Shown here: positions 1 to 9,301 of the stretch, one piece after another
Position numbering within the stretch: the stretch's first letter is position 1
Layout of the letters: the number at the start of each line of letters is the position of its first letter
Assembly (NCBI GenBank): GCA_944358435.1
Contig: CALVRD010000002.1
Location: forward strand, 1 to 54,490
Direction: 5' to 3'
DNA: 54,490 nt
DNA from: an uncultured Bacilli bacterium
GTDB lineage: Bacteria; Bacillota_I; Bacilli_A; RF39; UBA660
Notes under the pieces: model-generated
Database searches by the model: none
Seen by the model: only the letters and a program-made list of their open reading frames with translations
Told to the model about the DNA's origin: nothing
Made by a program: the position numbers and the translations under genes

Positions 1-818
1 AAAGCATTCTTTTGTAGACAGTTGTAATCATTAAAACCTAAAGGTTTCATATAATTTACTAATTCATTGAATTTATAATTTCCGGCTTCAATTTTTTTTC
101 TAGTTCTTGGATGAGCACTAAAAATAATTGGCATTTTATAGGTTTCGGCTACATCATTAATAGATTTAATTAAAGATTCAAAGTTTTTAGGATTATCAAC
201 ATTTTCTTCACGATGCATGCTTAGAACAAAATACTTTCCTTTTTCAAGATGTAGATTTTCTAGTACTTTACTATCTTCTATTGCTTTAGCATTTGTTCTA
301 AAAACTTCTTTCATACTTGAACCGGTTTTAATAATAGTTTCTGGTCTTATTCCTTCCGCTATTAAATAGCGTCTTGCATGTTCTGTTAAGACCATGTTTA
401 TATCACTTAAATGATCAACGATTTTACGATTAATTTCTTCTGGAACTCGTTCATCAAAGCAACGATTTCCTGCTTCCATATGGAATACTGGTACTTTGTT
501 TCTTTTTGCAGAAATTACTGATAAACAAGAATTAGTGTCACCATAAAGTAATATTGCATCTGGCTGATATTTTTTTATTAGTTCATCAGATTTAGCAATT
601 ACATTAGCAATTGTTTCAGCAGCAGTTGTGCCTGCTGCATCCATGTATACATCTGGAGCTCTTAGCCCTAAGTCCTTAAAAAACACTTCATTAAGTTCGT
701 AATCATAGTTTTGACCTGTATGAACTAAGATATGATCAGTATATTTATCTAATTCTTTTAAGGTGCTTGATAATTTAATAATTTCTGGTCTTGTTCCAAC
801 AATTGTCATTACACGCAT
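1..818 (-). CDS. UDP-N-acetylglucosamine 2-epimerase, non-hydrolysing (WecB / FnlC / WbvD-like); the 3' end runs off the window
   Basis: My own reverse-strand translation from the ATG at 816-818 reads MRVMTIVGTRPEIIKLSSTLKELDKYTDHILVHTGQNYDYELNEVFF...HMEAGNRCFDERVPEEINR. These are the N-terminal and catalytic-core motifs of the Epimerase_2 family. A GGAGG RBS lies about 9 nt upstream. The gene is absent from the ORF track because it is truncated by the window edge. Confidence 0.85.
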   Translation of the reverse strand, partial: MRVMTIVGTRPEIIKLSSTLKELDKYTDHILVHTGQNYDYELNEVFFKDLGLRAPDVYMDAAGTTAAETIANVIAKSDELIKKYQPDAILLYGDTNSCLSVISAKRNKVPVFHMEAGNRCFDERVPEEINRKIVDHLSDINMVLTEHARRYLIAEGIRPETIIKTGSSMKEVFRTNAKAIEDSKVLENLHLEKGKYFVLSMHREENVDNPKNFESLIKSINDVAETYKMPIIFSAHPRTRKKIEAGNYKFNELVNYMKPLGFNDYNCLQKNA

Positions 819-819
819 A

Positions 820-1671
820 TTAGTTTTCCTCCACTTCTATATTTGGATATAGTTCTTTATGGGAAAGAACCCAGTCTTTCATCTCTTTTACCATTTGGTC
901 ATAAGATGGGATATTAAAAGTAAATGAAGCTGGAGTTCTTACTAAGGTCTTCTCACTGGAAACAGAGTTATTTTCAGTTATTTCAATATCTTTGTTAAAG
1001 TGCTTTTTAAATAAGACTAGTAAATCATGCTTACTAATAAAGTCATTATTTACAACGTGATTTAGGCCAGCTAAATTATTTTTTATAGCAACTTCTATTT
1101 GTTTTGCTAGTTCAATAGTAGTAACACCTGTCCAAATTACTTTAGTATATCCACCAACTGTTTTATTTTGATTCATAAACCATTGAAATAAGCCTATTCC
1201 CTTTGGATTAGCATCAGGTCCAACTATTGATGTTCTTAAAGTTAGACTACGATTATTTATAACTTCACCTAAAGCTTTACTACGTCCATAAAAAGAAGTA
1301 GCATCAGTATAGCTTGCTTCATCATACTTACCTTTTGTGCCTTCAAAAACACAGTCAGTACTTATATGAATAAATTTAAAATTATATTTTTCTGTTAGTG
1401 AATCTAAGTAATGTGGTAATAGGCTGTTTAATTTTACAGCAAGAGGTTTATTTTCTTCACAAACTTGATTTAATATACCAATACAATTTACTACTACATT
1501 TGGTTTAACTTCTACTAAGATTTTTTCTATTCCTTCTAAATTAGTATAGGCATCATAGTGAAATGGTCCTTTTGCAGTAGTTGTTCCAAACACTTCATAA
1601 CCTTTTTCAATAAAATGAGTGTACACTACATGGCCAAGCATTCCAGTTTTTCCTAAAACTAAAATTCTCAT
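820..1671 (-). CDS. RmlD-type NAD(P)-dependent 4-reductase (dTDP-4-dehydrorhamnose reductase family, WbvR-like)
   Basis: The 283-aa product starts with the Rossmann motif MRILVLGKTGMLGH and contains a YGRSK (YxxxK) catalytic motif. Its size and layout fit the RmlD substrate-binding family. It overlaps the upstream gene by 4 nt and sits 1 nt from the downstream epimerase. Confidence 0.8.
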   Translation of the reverse strand: MRILVLGKTGMLGHVVYTHFIEKGYEVFGTTTAKGPFHYDAYTNLEGIEKILVEVKPNVVVNCIGILNQVCEENKPLAVKLNSLLPHYLDSLTEKYNFKFIHISTDCVFEGTKGKYDEASYTDATSFYGRSKALGEVINNRSLTLRTSIVGPDANPKGIGLFQWFMNQNKTVGGYTKVIWTGVTTIELAKQIEVAIKNNLAGLNHVVNNDFISKHDLLVLFKKHFNKDIEITENNSVSSEKTLVRTPASFTFNIPSYDQMVKEMKDWVLSHKELYPNIEVEEN

Positions 1672-2684
1672 TCTTCGATTTCTCCCATTTCTTTTAATAG
1701 TTCAATCATTCCATCAACATCTAATTGATGAGTATTGTTTGATGTATAAGCTTCATATTTTTTCACTTGTCCATCACCATTCTGATAGAAGTTATCATAA
1801 TTTAAATCTCTATTATCCATTGGAATTCTGAAGTAATTTCCCATATCTTGAGCTTTTGTCATTTCTTCTCTTGTAACTAAAACTTCATGATCTTTTTCAC
1901 CATGTCTTGTTCCAATAATTTTTACTTCAGCATCACTATTTTTATATTTTCTAACAGCGTCAGCTAATGTTTGAATTGTAGCACCTGGTGCTTTTTGAAC
2001 AAATAAATCACCTTGTTTACCATTTTCAAAAGCAAACATAACTAATTTTACAGCTTGTTCTAGAGTCATCATATATCTTGTCATGCTAGGATCTGTTACA
2101 GTTATTGATTTTCCTTCTTTTATCAATTTATAGAATAAAGGAATTACAGAGCCACGTGAACCCATAACATTTCCGTATCTTGTTAGACAGATAGTTGTTT
2201 TGGCATCATCGCCTAACATTCTTGCCTTAGCAACAATTATTTTTTCCATCAAAGCTTTGCTCATTCCCATGGCATTTATTGGATAAGCTGCCTTATCGGT
2301 ACTTAAACAAACAATTTTTTTAACACCATGTCTTGTTGCACAATCTAGAACATTATATGAACCAAAGACATTTGTTTTAGCTGCTTCTATTGGGAAAAAC
2401 TCACAAGATGGAACTTGTTTTAGGGCAGCGGCATGGAAGATATAATCTACTCCTGGCATAACATTTTCTAGAGTGTTTATATCTCTTACATCACCAATAA
2501 AAAACTTAATTTTAGGGTTATTATATTTTTTTCTCATGTCATCTTGTTTTTTTTCATCTCTTGAAAATATTCTAATTTCTTTTAAATCAGAATCCAAAAA
2601 CATTTCCAATACTTTGTTTCCAAATGATCCAGTCCCACCTGTAATTAGTAGAACTTTGTCTTTAAACATACTTTCTTTTTTCAT
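1668..2684 (-). CDS. fnlA: UDP-N-acetylglucosamine 4,6-dehydratase/5-epimerase (CapE / FnlA / WbvB type)
   Basis: The 338-aa product has LITGGTGSFG, HAAALKQVP and STDKAAYPINAMGMSKALMEK. The Met-for-Tyr MxxxK motif is typical of CapE/FnlA rather than PseB/FlaA1. This is the first gene of a three-gene nucleotide-sugar cassette. Confidence 0.85.
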   Translation of the reverse strand: MKKESMFKDKVLLITGGTGSFGNKVLEMFLDSDLKEIRIFSRDEKKQDDMRKKYNNPKIKFFIGDVRDINTLENVMPGVDYIFHAAALKQVPSCEFFPIEAAKTNVFGSYNVLDCATRHGVKKIVCLSTDKAAYPINAMGMSKALMEKIIVAKARMLGDDAKTTICLTRYGNVMGSRGSVIPLFYKLIKEGKSITVTDPSMTRYMMTLEQAVKLVMFAFENGKQGDLFVQKAPGATIQTLADAVRKYKNSDAEVKIIGTRHGEKDHEVLVTREEMTKAQDMGNYFRIPMDNRDLNYDNFYQNGDGQVKKYEAYTSNNTHQLDVDGMIELLKEMGEIEE

Positions 2685-2898
2685 TATTACTACCTCTTTC
2701 TATATGAAAATATAAACTATTATCTAAATTATCTTGTATAAATCATAGATTTTCACTTTATATTTTCTAATCATGATATTTTTACTGATAATAGACATTT
2801 TAATTTTAGCATACCTTTATTTATTTGTAAAACAAATGTACATTTTTATCGTTATTTTATAATGGTTTTAATCCTTTTTTCCCTTAAAAAAATGCCTT

Positions 2899-3657
2899 TT
2901 AAGACACTTTCTTTGGCATTTCTTCTCCCATTTGGGCTTTATAATATTCTTCAATAATTTTTTTAGCTGGACCAATTTTAACTACTTCTCCATGCTCTAA
3001 CCAAACTACACGATCGCATAAATCTTTTATTGATTCTAACGAATGTGATACATAAAGAACTGTTGTTCCACCTTTTATTAACTCCATCATCTTATTTTTA
3101 CTTTTTTCTTGGAATTTAATGTCTCCTACTGAAAGGATTTCATCAACAATTAAGATTTCGGGATTAACTATTGTTGCAATAGAAAAAGCTAACTTTGCAA
3201 CCATTCCTGAAGAAAAGTTTCTTACTGGAACATCTAAGAAATCACGTAGTTCTGAGAAATCAACTATCTCATCAAACTTTTCATCAATAAATTTTTTGGA
3301 ATATCCTAGGATTGCTCCATTTAGATAAATATTTTCTCTAGCAGTTAATTCCATATCAAATCCAGCACCTAATTCAATCATTGGGGAAATATCTCCATTT
3401 ACCTCAACTTTACCAGTAGTTGGTTTCATTACCCCACTTACTACTTTTAATAAAGTACTTTTACCGGCTCCATTACTTCCAATTAAGCCAATAACTTCTC
3501 CTTTTTTTACTTCAAATGATACATTTTTTAAGGCCCAAAAATCATTTCTTTTAGGTCTTCTTTTCTTATTGAAAGCAGAAATAAATGCTTCTTTTATGGA
3601 GAAGTTTTTTTCTATTCCCAAATTAAATTTCATTGAAACTTTATTTACTCTTATCAT
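2899..3657 (-). CDS. tagH: ABC transporter ATP-binding protein for polysaccharide/teichoic-acid export (TagH/Wzt-like, no C-terminal carbohydrate-binding domain)
   Basis: The product has Walker A GSNGAGKST, signature FSSGMVAKLAFS and Walker B ILIVDE. It sits directly downstream of an ABC-2 permease gene. Confidence 0.85.
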   Translation of the reverse strand: MIRVNKVSMKFNLGIEKNFSIKEAFISAFNKKRRPKRNDFWALKNVSFEVKKGEVIGLIGSNGAGKSTLLKVVSGVMKPTTGKVEVNGDISPMIELGAGFDMELTARENIYLNGAILGYSKKFIDEKFDEIVDFSELRDFLDVPVRNFSSGMVAKLAFSIATIVNPEILIVDEILSVGDIKFQEKSKNKMMELIKGGTTVLYVSHSLESIKDLCDRVVWLEHGEVVKIGPAKKIIEEYYKAQMGEEMPKKVS

Positions 3658-3670
3658 TTAATTACTCCTC

Positions 3671-4483
3671 CTATATATAATAAATAAATTTATCTTGATT
3701 TTTTTTAAAGATTACTGATCCAATTACAAGTGTTGCAACCCCTATTAGACCAATTAAACCTAAGGTACCAATTGAAGGACATTGTCCGTATAAGACAATG
3801 CTTCTTACCGCTGTTATAAATTGATATAATGGGTTAAATTTAAATAACTGTTGAAGATAATCCGGCAATATTTCTATACTATAAAATACTGGTGTAAAGT
3901 AATTCCAAATTGTTATAACAATTCCGTAGATATAAAAAACATCTCTTAAAAATACGGATACACAAGATAACAATAATCCTATTCCAACAGTAAATAAGAA
4001 GAAGCATAGAAATATATAGGGAATTACTAGATAATAAATATTAATACTTGCAGGATAAGTTCCTAAACCAAACTGTGTTAATAAAATTATTATTATCCAA
4101 GGAATTAAGGTTAATAAAAAGTTTATTCCAACAAAGATACATTTTGCTAAAGGGAAAATGTATTTTGGAATGTAAACTTTATTTATTAAACCAAAATTAG
4201 TAACTACTGAAGTCATGGCTGAATTTGACGCTTCACTAAAATAGTTAAACATAACTATACCAGTCATTAGGTAAACTAAGTAGTTAATTCCCTCTACTTT
4301 AAATCTAAACATTTGGGAAAAGACCATTGTCATAACAGCCATCATTAATATAGGATATAGCAAGCTCCAAACAATTCCTAATACAGAACGTTTATATTTT
4401 ACTTTAAAGTCCCTAGAAATTAGTTGTGACATTAAAAATTGATATTTTTTGAAATTGGCAAATATATTTTTTAGTGTTTTCAT
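3671..4483 (-). CDS. tagG: ABC-2 type permease for polysaccharide/teichoic-acid export (TagG/Wzm-like)
   Basis: The product is a six-TM protein with the N-terminal SRDFKVKYKRSVLGIVWSLL motif typical of ABC-2 exporters. I place the start at the ATG at 4481-4483 (MKTLKNIF...), which has a GGAG RBS 8 nt upstream. The ORF-track start at 4546 has no RBS. Confidence 0.85.
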   Translation of the reverse strand: MKTLKNIFANFKKYQFLMSQLISRDFKVKYKRSVLGIVWSLLYPILMMAVMTMVFSQMFRFKVEGINYLVYLMTGIVMFNYFSEASNSAMTSVVTNFGLINKVYIPKYIFPLAKCIFVGINFLLTLIPWIIIILLTQFGLGTYPASINIYYLVIPYIFLCFFLFTVGIGLLLSCVSVFLRDVFYIYGIVITIWNYFTPVFYSIEILPDYLQQLFKFNPLYQFITAVRSIVLYGQCPSIGTLGLIGLIGVATLVIGSVIFKKNQDKFIYYI

Positions 4484-4616
4484 TATTATGTCTCCATTTC
4501 TTTTTAATCTTTTAAAATTATAACATACATACTTTAGAGTCGTCAATTTGGTGATTTAGTAATTAATGTATACATAGTTTTTAGTAATGGTAATTTGATA
4601 TTTTAAGTTACTTTAA

Positions 4617-6458
4617 TTAGTCCTTTATTTCATAGTTTTCAATTACATTTTTATATAGTTCAGGATATAATTTGGATTCCTCATTTAAAGCATCTAAGTA
4701 AAGAGATATTTCTTCTTCATCTACTTTGGTAGTTCTTTCATAAATTAAAATATTAAAACCATCATTCATATCAAATTGTTCAATTAATTTAAATTTATTA
4801 TTTTCTACTAATTCTTTAAATACATCATTATATTTATATTCAATAGAAACAGATTCAAAAGGATCAATAGTTAGTATGTATTTAGCATCGAATAGGCCAT
4901 ATGGGAATTTGTGACTACCAATTATGGCTGAACCATATGCTAAGTAATTAGATATTGTTTTATCAGGCATAAAAATATTGCGAAATTTATCAGGATTATA
5001 TTTTCTATTATGACAAATCATATAGGCTATTTCATTTTCATTAATATGTTCTTCTAACCAAGTAGCTACTTCAACATACTGAGGATAGTTTTCTTCACTT
5101 AGAACAGTTAAATTTATTTTAGTAAATAAGTTATCTGTGGTATTAGATAAAAGGCCATTTAAGAAGTTAACTATTATAATAGAAAAAATTACTAGACAGC
5201 ACCTAATGTCATATGATTCTTTGGTATTAATAAAGTAAATAAAGCATAAATATAAGAAATATAAATAATTAGGTAGAAGAATTGGACTATGATGAAGTCC
5301 CATATTTTGAATTCTAGTAAATAAGAAAATCATAAGGAAATAATCTATAACATTTAAAATAGTTAGTAGTCGATATTTCTTTGAAACTAGTCCATATATG
5401 GCCCCCATTAACATTAGTATTAACATTAAATAACCTAGATGACTTAACTGAGAAGTCATTTCAGTTTTAAATCCACCATCCAAATAAAAAGCTGAATAAT
5501 TACCAATACTACCAAATAAGATATTTTTAAGCATTGGAAATAAAGTTAATATAAAGAAAATAATTACTATAATGGCATATAGACAAATATTTTTAAATAT
5601 TGCTTTTAGGGACTTTTTGTCTTTGAAGTTTAGAATAATAATTCCAATTAGATAACAGAAATAATAACTAACTATCCAATATATATACCATCTTCTAGAG
5701 ATAGTAAGCATAAATGTTATTAATAGTAAAAGAATTAATCTTAGCACTTCTAATTTTTTAAAATCATAATTTATAGTTAATGAAATAATTAGAAAAATAA
5801 AAGCTAAGCCAAAGAAGTCTGGTTGACCATAAATGGCTGTTGCATGAAAAATTGGAAATAGTACTGTAGTTAAAAGAGCTAGATTAAAGAAAAGTGTTTC
5901 TTTCTTTACTTGGAGCTTTTCAGATAATTTTTTTAGAAGAATTCCAAGAGTAATAATTAAATATGGTGTATAGGCTAAGATATAACTTAATATATAACTA
6001 TTTATTGTTTGATTCGTAAATCTAAAAATAATTTCTGGGAAAAATGATAGGAAATTACCATATTCTCCTGACCAAGTAGAACTAATAAAATATCTGATAC
6101 CATCAAGCAGACTAATTGCAAAATGTTCTTTAGATGCTAATCCTATATTGTAGTAGCAAGCATAGTCAAAAAAATACAAAAATTGACGATTTAAAATACT
6201 TATTATGTAGAAAAGATACATTAAAATTATAATTATAGTCATTCCAATAAGTTCTTTTTTGGTAAATTTTACTTTTAATAATTTTAGGACTTCTCTAACT
6301 ATTATAATTAAGAAGAAGTTAGCTAAGAAGCTAATTGATGTGAAACTATAACTATTAGGATAAATAAAATTAATTAGAAGTATTATGATAGTTAAAATAG
6401 TAAAAGTAGAATAAATTATTTTATCTTTTTTTGATAGTTTTTTTAAGTAGTCTTTCAT
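4617..6458 (-). CDS. Large polytopic membrane protein, putative GT-C-fold glycosyltransferase that would use a polyprenyl-phosphate sugar
   Basis: The 613-aa product has about 12-14 hydrophobic helices in its first ~430 aa and a ~170-aa soluble C-terminal domain. It lies 1 nt downstream of a GtrB-type polyprenyl-phosphate glycosyltransferase gene. The function is inferred from architecture and context only. Confidence 0.55.
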   Translation of the reverse strand: MKDYLKKLSKKDKIIYSTFTILTIIILLINFIYPNSYSFTSISFLANFFLIIIVREVLKLLKVKFTKKELIGMTIIIILMYLFYIISILNRQFLYFFDYACYYNIGLASKEHFAISLLDGIRYFISSTWSGEYGNFLSFFPEIIFRFTNQTINSYILSYILAYTPYLIITLGILLKKLSEKLQVKKETLFFNLALLTTVLFPIFHATAIYGQPDFFGLAFIFLIISLTINYDFKKLEVLRLILLLLITFMLTISRRWYIYWIVSYYFCYLIGIIILNFKDKKSLKAIFKNICLYAIIVIIFFILTLFPMLKNILFGSIGNYSAFYLDGGFKTEMTSQLSHLGYLMLILMLMGAIYGLVSKKYRLLTILNVIDYFLMIFLFTRIQNMGLHHSPILLPNYLYFLYLCFIYFINTKESYDIRCCLVIFSIIIVNFLNGLLSNTTDNLFTKINLTVLSEENYPQYVEVATWLEEHINENEIAYMICHNRKYNPDKFRNIFMPDKTISNYLAYGSAIIGSHKFPYGLFDAKYILTIDPFESVSIEYKYNDVFKELVENNKFKLIEQFDMNDGFNILIYERTTKVDEEEISLYLDALNEESKLYPELYKNVIENYEIKD

Positions 6459-6459
6459 C

Positions 6460-7416
6460 TTAATTCTCCTCTAAGTTTTCAGAAATAATATAACGTGGTC
6501 TTTGTTTGGTTTCATTATACATTTTTCCAATATATTCTCCAATAATACCAATACTAATCATTTGTAAACCACCAATAAACCAAATAGAAATTGATAAGAA
6601 AGTCCAACCATCTACTGTATTTCCTAGTACTTTTTGAACTAATGAATAGATCATTATAATAATACTAATTAAGAGAATTAAAAAGCCTGTTATACAAATA
6701 AATCTTAGAGGTTTAACACTAAAGGAAGTTATTCCATCCCAAGCAAAGTTTAGCATTTTCTTTAGGGGATATTTAGATTCTCCGGCAAATCTTTCATTTC
6801 TATCATAATAGATAATATCTGATTGATAACCAATTAAAGGAAACATTCCTCTTAAGAATAAATTTACTTCTTTAAAGTTAGAAAATTCGTCTAAGACTTT
6901 TTTTGATGTTAAGCGATAATCAGCATGATTATAAATAACATCAGCTCCTAAGAATTTCATAATTTTATAAAATGATTCCGCTGTAAAGCGTTTAAAGAAA
7001 GTATCTTTTTCACGGGATTTTCTAACTCCATAAACTACATCAGCTCCATTTAAATACTTTTTTAGCATTTGATCGATGGCATTAATATCATCTTGAAGAT
7101 CAGCATCCATACTAATTACAACATCAGCATACTCTTTAGCCGTCATTAAGCCAGCTAACAAAGCATTTTGATGGCCTCTATTTCGAGATAAAGTTATACC
7201 AGTAAATAATGGTTCTTTTTCATGATTTTGTTTGATAATTGACCAAGTATTATCTTTTGAACCATCATTAACATACATAACTTTACTATTAGGAGAAATA
7301 ATTTTATTCTTAATTAGACTAGTCATTTTCTCTTTCATTCTTTTTGTATTTTCTGGTAATACTTCTTCTTCATTATAGCAAGGTATTACAACATATAAAA
7401 TTGGTACTCTTTTCAT
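6460..7416 (-). CDS. Polyprenyl-phosphate glycosyltransferase (GT2, GtrB / CsbB / ArnC-like)
   Basis: Motifs are VVIPCYNEEEVL, VNDGSKDNTW and MDADLQDD. Two C-terminal TM helices (FICITGFLILLISIIIMIY and SIWFIGGLQMISIGIIGEYI) are diagnostic of the GtrB/DPM1-like subgroup. Confidence 0.85.
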   Translation of the reverse strand: MKRVPILYVVIPCYNEEEVLPENTKRMKEKMTSLIKNKIISPNSKVMYVNDGSKDNTWSIIKQNHEKEPLFTGITLSRNRGHQNALLAGLMTAKEYADVVISMDADLQDDINAIDQMLKKYLNGADVVYGVRKSREKDTFFKRFTAESFYKIMKFLGADVIYNHADYRLTSKKVLDEFSNFKEVNLFLRGMFPLIGYQSDIIYYDRNERFAGESKYPLKKMLNFAWDGITSFSVKPLRFICITGFLILLISIIIMIYSLVQKVLGNTVDGWTFLSISIWFIGGLQMISIGIIGEYIGKMYNETKQRPRYIISENLEEN

Positions 7417-7425
7417 TTTAACTAC

Positions 7426-8376
7426 CTACTTCCTATATAGTATCCAATATAATTTACAATATAATTTTGTTAAAAATTTGCTTTTCTCAATAGTTCTTCT
7501 AATAATTCCTCTATTTGGATAATACTTATTATTTTTATAGTCAGGGACAAATGTTTCTAGATATTCAAAGGAACAGTCAATGAATTTTAAGCCAACCTTT
7601 TTGTCTTTTTGATCACGTTGCTGAATTGTGTAATTAGTTAAAATTCTTACTGATAATTTTTTTACTACTTCATCTAAATTCTTCTTATCAAAGTATCCTC
7701 TTATCATATGAACAATTGTTATAATATCGAAGATACGATTATCTCTTACTGTAGTTTCACTTTGAGAATGAATAACATAATAATAAAGAAATTCATCTAG
7801 TTTACCTATTTTTTTAGAATTATTAATTGTCTCAATTACAAAAGTCATATCTTCATATTTCATATTATCTAGAAAAGTTATATTGTTTTTAGTAATGAGT
7901 TCGCGTTCATATAACTTATTACATGGTCCTAGATTTATATCTAATAATAAATTATTATTTTTTATTAATGATGAGTTATTAAAATGCGGAATTATTACTT
8001 CTTTTAGTTTATCTTTCTCTACTCGATAGAAGTCAAATACCACTAAGTCTAGATGTTCTTCTATTGCTTTATTATAAGCTTTTTCACAAGCATCAAGAGC
8101 TAAGTAATCATCACTATCTAAGAACATTATATATTTACCAGTTGCTTTAGTAATACCAAAGTTACGTGTTTTACCAATACCTTGATTTCTTTTTTTATAA
8201 TACTTTATACGATTATCTTGATATTTTTTAATAATCTTTTCACTATTATCTTTTGAACCATCATTTATTAAGATAAATTCTAATTCTTTTTTAGTTTGAT
8301 TTATTAAGGAATCAAGACATTTAGTTAAATATTTTTCAGAATTATAGATAGGAACAATTATACTTATATCTGGCAT
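7426..8376 (-). CDS. Family 2 glycosyltransferase
   Basis: Motifs are ISIIVPIYNSEKYLTKCLDSLINQT, ILINDGSKDNS and FLDSDDY (DxD). Confidence 0.85.
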   Translation of the reverse strand: MPDISIIVPIYNSEKYLTKCLDSLINQTKKELEFILINDGSKDNSEKIIKKYQDNRIKYYKKRNQGIGKTRNFGITKATGKYIMFLDSDDYLALDACEKAYNKAIEEHLDLVVFDFYRVEKDKLKEVIIPHFNNSSLIKNNNLLLDINLGPCNKLYERELITKNNITFLDNMKYEDMTFVIETINNSKKIGKLDEFLYYYVIHSQSETTVRDNRIFDIITIVHMIRGYFDKKNLDEVVKKLSVRILTNYTIQQRDQKDKKVGLKFIDCSFEYLETFVPDYKNNKYYPNRGIIRRTIEKSKFLTKLYCKLYWILYRK

Positions 8377-8380
8377 TTTA

Positions 8381-9301
8381 TCACCTACTTCTTTTTTGAT
8401 AATATAGTTTAGGACTTATAATTAGAAAAAGTTTTTTTATTTTTCTAGGTAGTGTATCTGTAAGTATATTATTATAGACTTTTTCTTTAAGTAAAAGTTT
8501 TTTATAATTTTTATAATCTTTATTATTTAATTCACAGATTTTTAAAATTAAATTATTAGCTATAAAACTTTTAAATATTTTACTATTTAAATTAGTTTTG
8601 TTTATCTCTTTAATTAAGTATTGATAATGATTATAAGTATCTTTAACTTTTTTTAGAGTTTTCTCATAGTTATTATTATTCATAATACTGCCTTGTCTTT
8701 TTAAGTAGTTATAACCGATATATGAAATACTATTTACTGTAGTGGCTTTAATTATAACTAGGGGAATTAAACCGAAGTCTTCATGAATCGTAGCTGGTTT
8801 AAAGGAAAATTTTTCTTTTTCATAATAGTCTCTTTTGATAGCATAGCACCAGGCATTTTCTACAAAATGATATTTTGTAATAAGTTCAAAGGCTTCTTCG
8901 CCGGATTTATTTTCAAATGGGTCTTCTGGATAGGTAGTTTTTTCTCCATTGTCAGTTACTTCTTGAATTTGAAATCTGACTAAATCGGGGTTGTTTTTTA
9001 AGGAAGAAGATATTTTCTTTAATAAGTCTTTTTCTAAGTAATCATCGCTATCTAAAAAGATAAGATAATCTCCTTGTGCTTTTTTTACTCCAGTGTTTCT
9101 GGCAACACTTAATCCTTGATTTTTTTGAGTAATTATTTTAACTGGATATTTTTTTGCAATAGCCATACTATTATCTTTAGTTCCATCATTAACAACAATT
9201 ACTTCAAATTCTTTTTCTGTTTGATTAAAAACACTACTTAAACATTTATCTAGGTACTTTTCAACATTATACACGGGAATTATGATACTAAATTTTGGCA
9301 T
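8381..9301 (-). CDS. Family 2 glycosyltransferase
   Basis: Motifs are FSIIIPVYNVEKYLDKCLSSVFNQT, VVNDGTKDNS and FLDSDDY. It is a paralog of the neighbouring GT2. Confidence 0.85.
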   Translation of the reverse strand: MPKFSIIIPVYNVEKYLDKCLSSVFNQTEKEFEVIVVNDGTKDNSMAIAKKYPVKIITQKNQGLSVARNTGVKKAQGDYLIFLDSDDYLEKDLLKKISSSLKNNPDLVRFQIQEVTDNGEKTTYPEDPFENKSGEEAFELITKYHFVENAWCYAIKRDYYEKEKFSFKPATIHEDFGLIPLVIIKATTVNSISYIGYNYLKRQGSIMNNNNYEKTLKKVKDTYNHYQYLIKEINKTNLNSKIFKSFIANNLILKICELNNKDYKNYKKLLLKEKVYNNILTDTLPRKIKKLFLIISPKLYYQKRSR

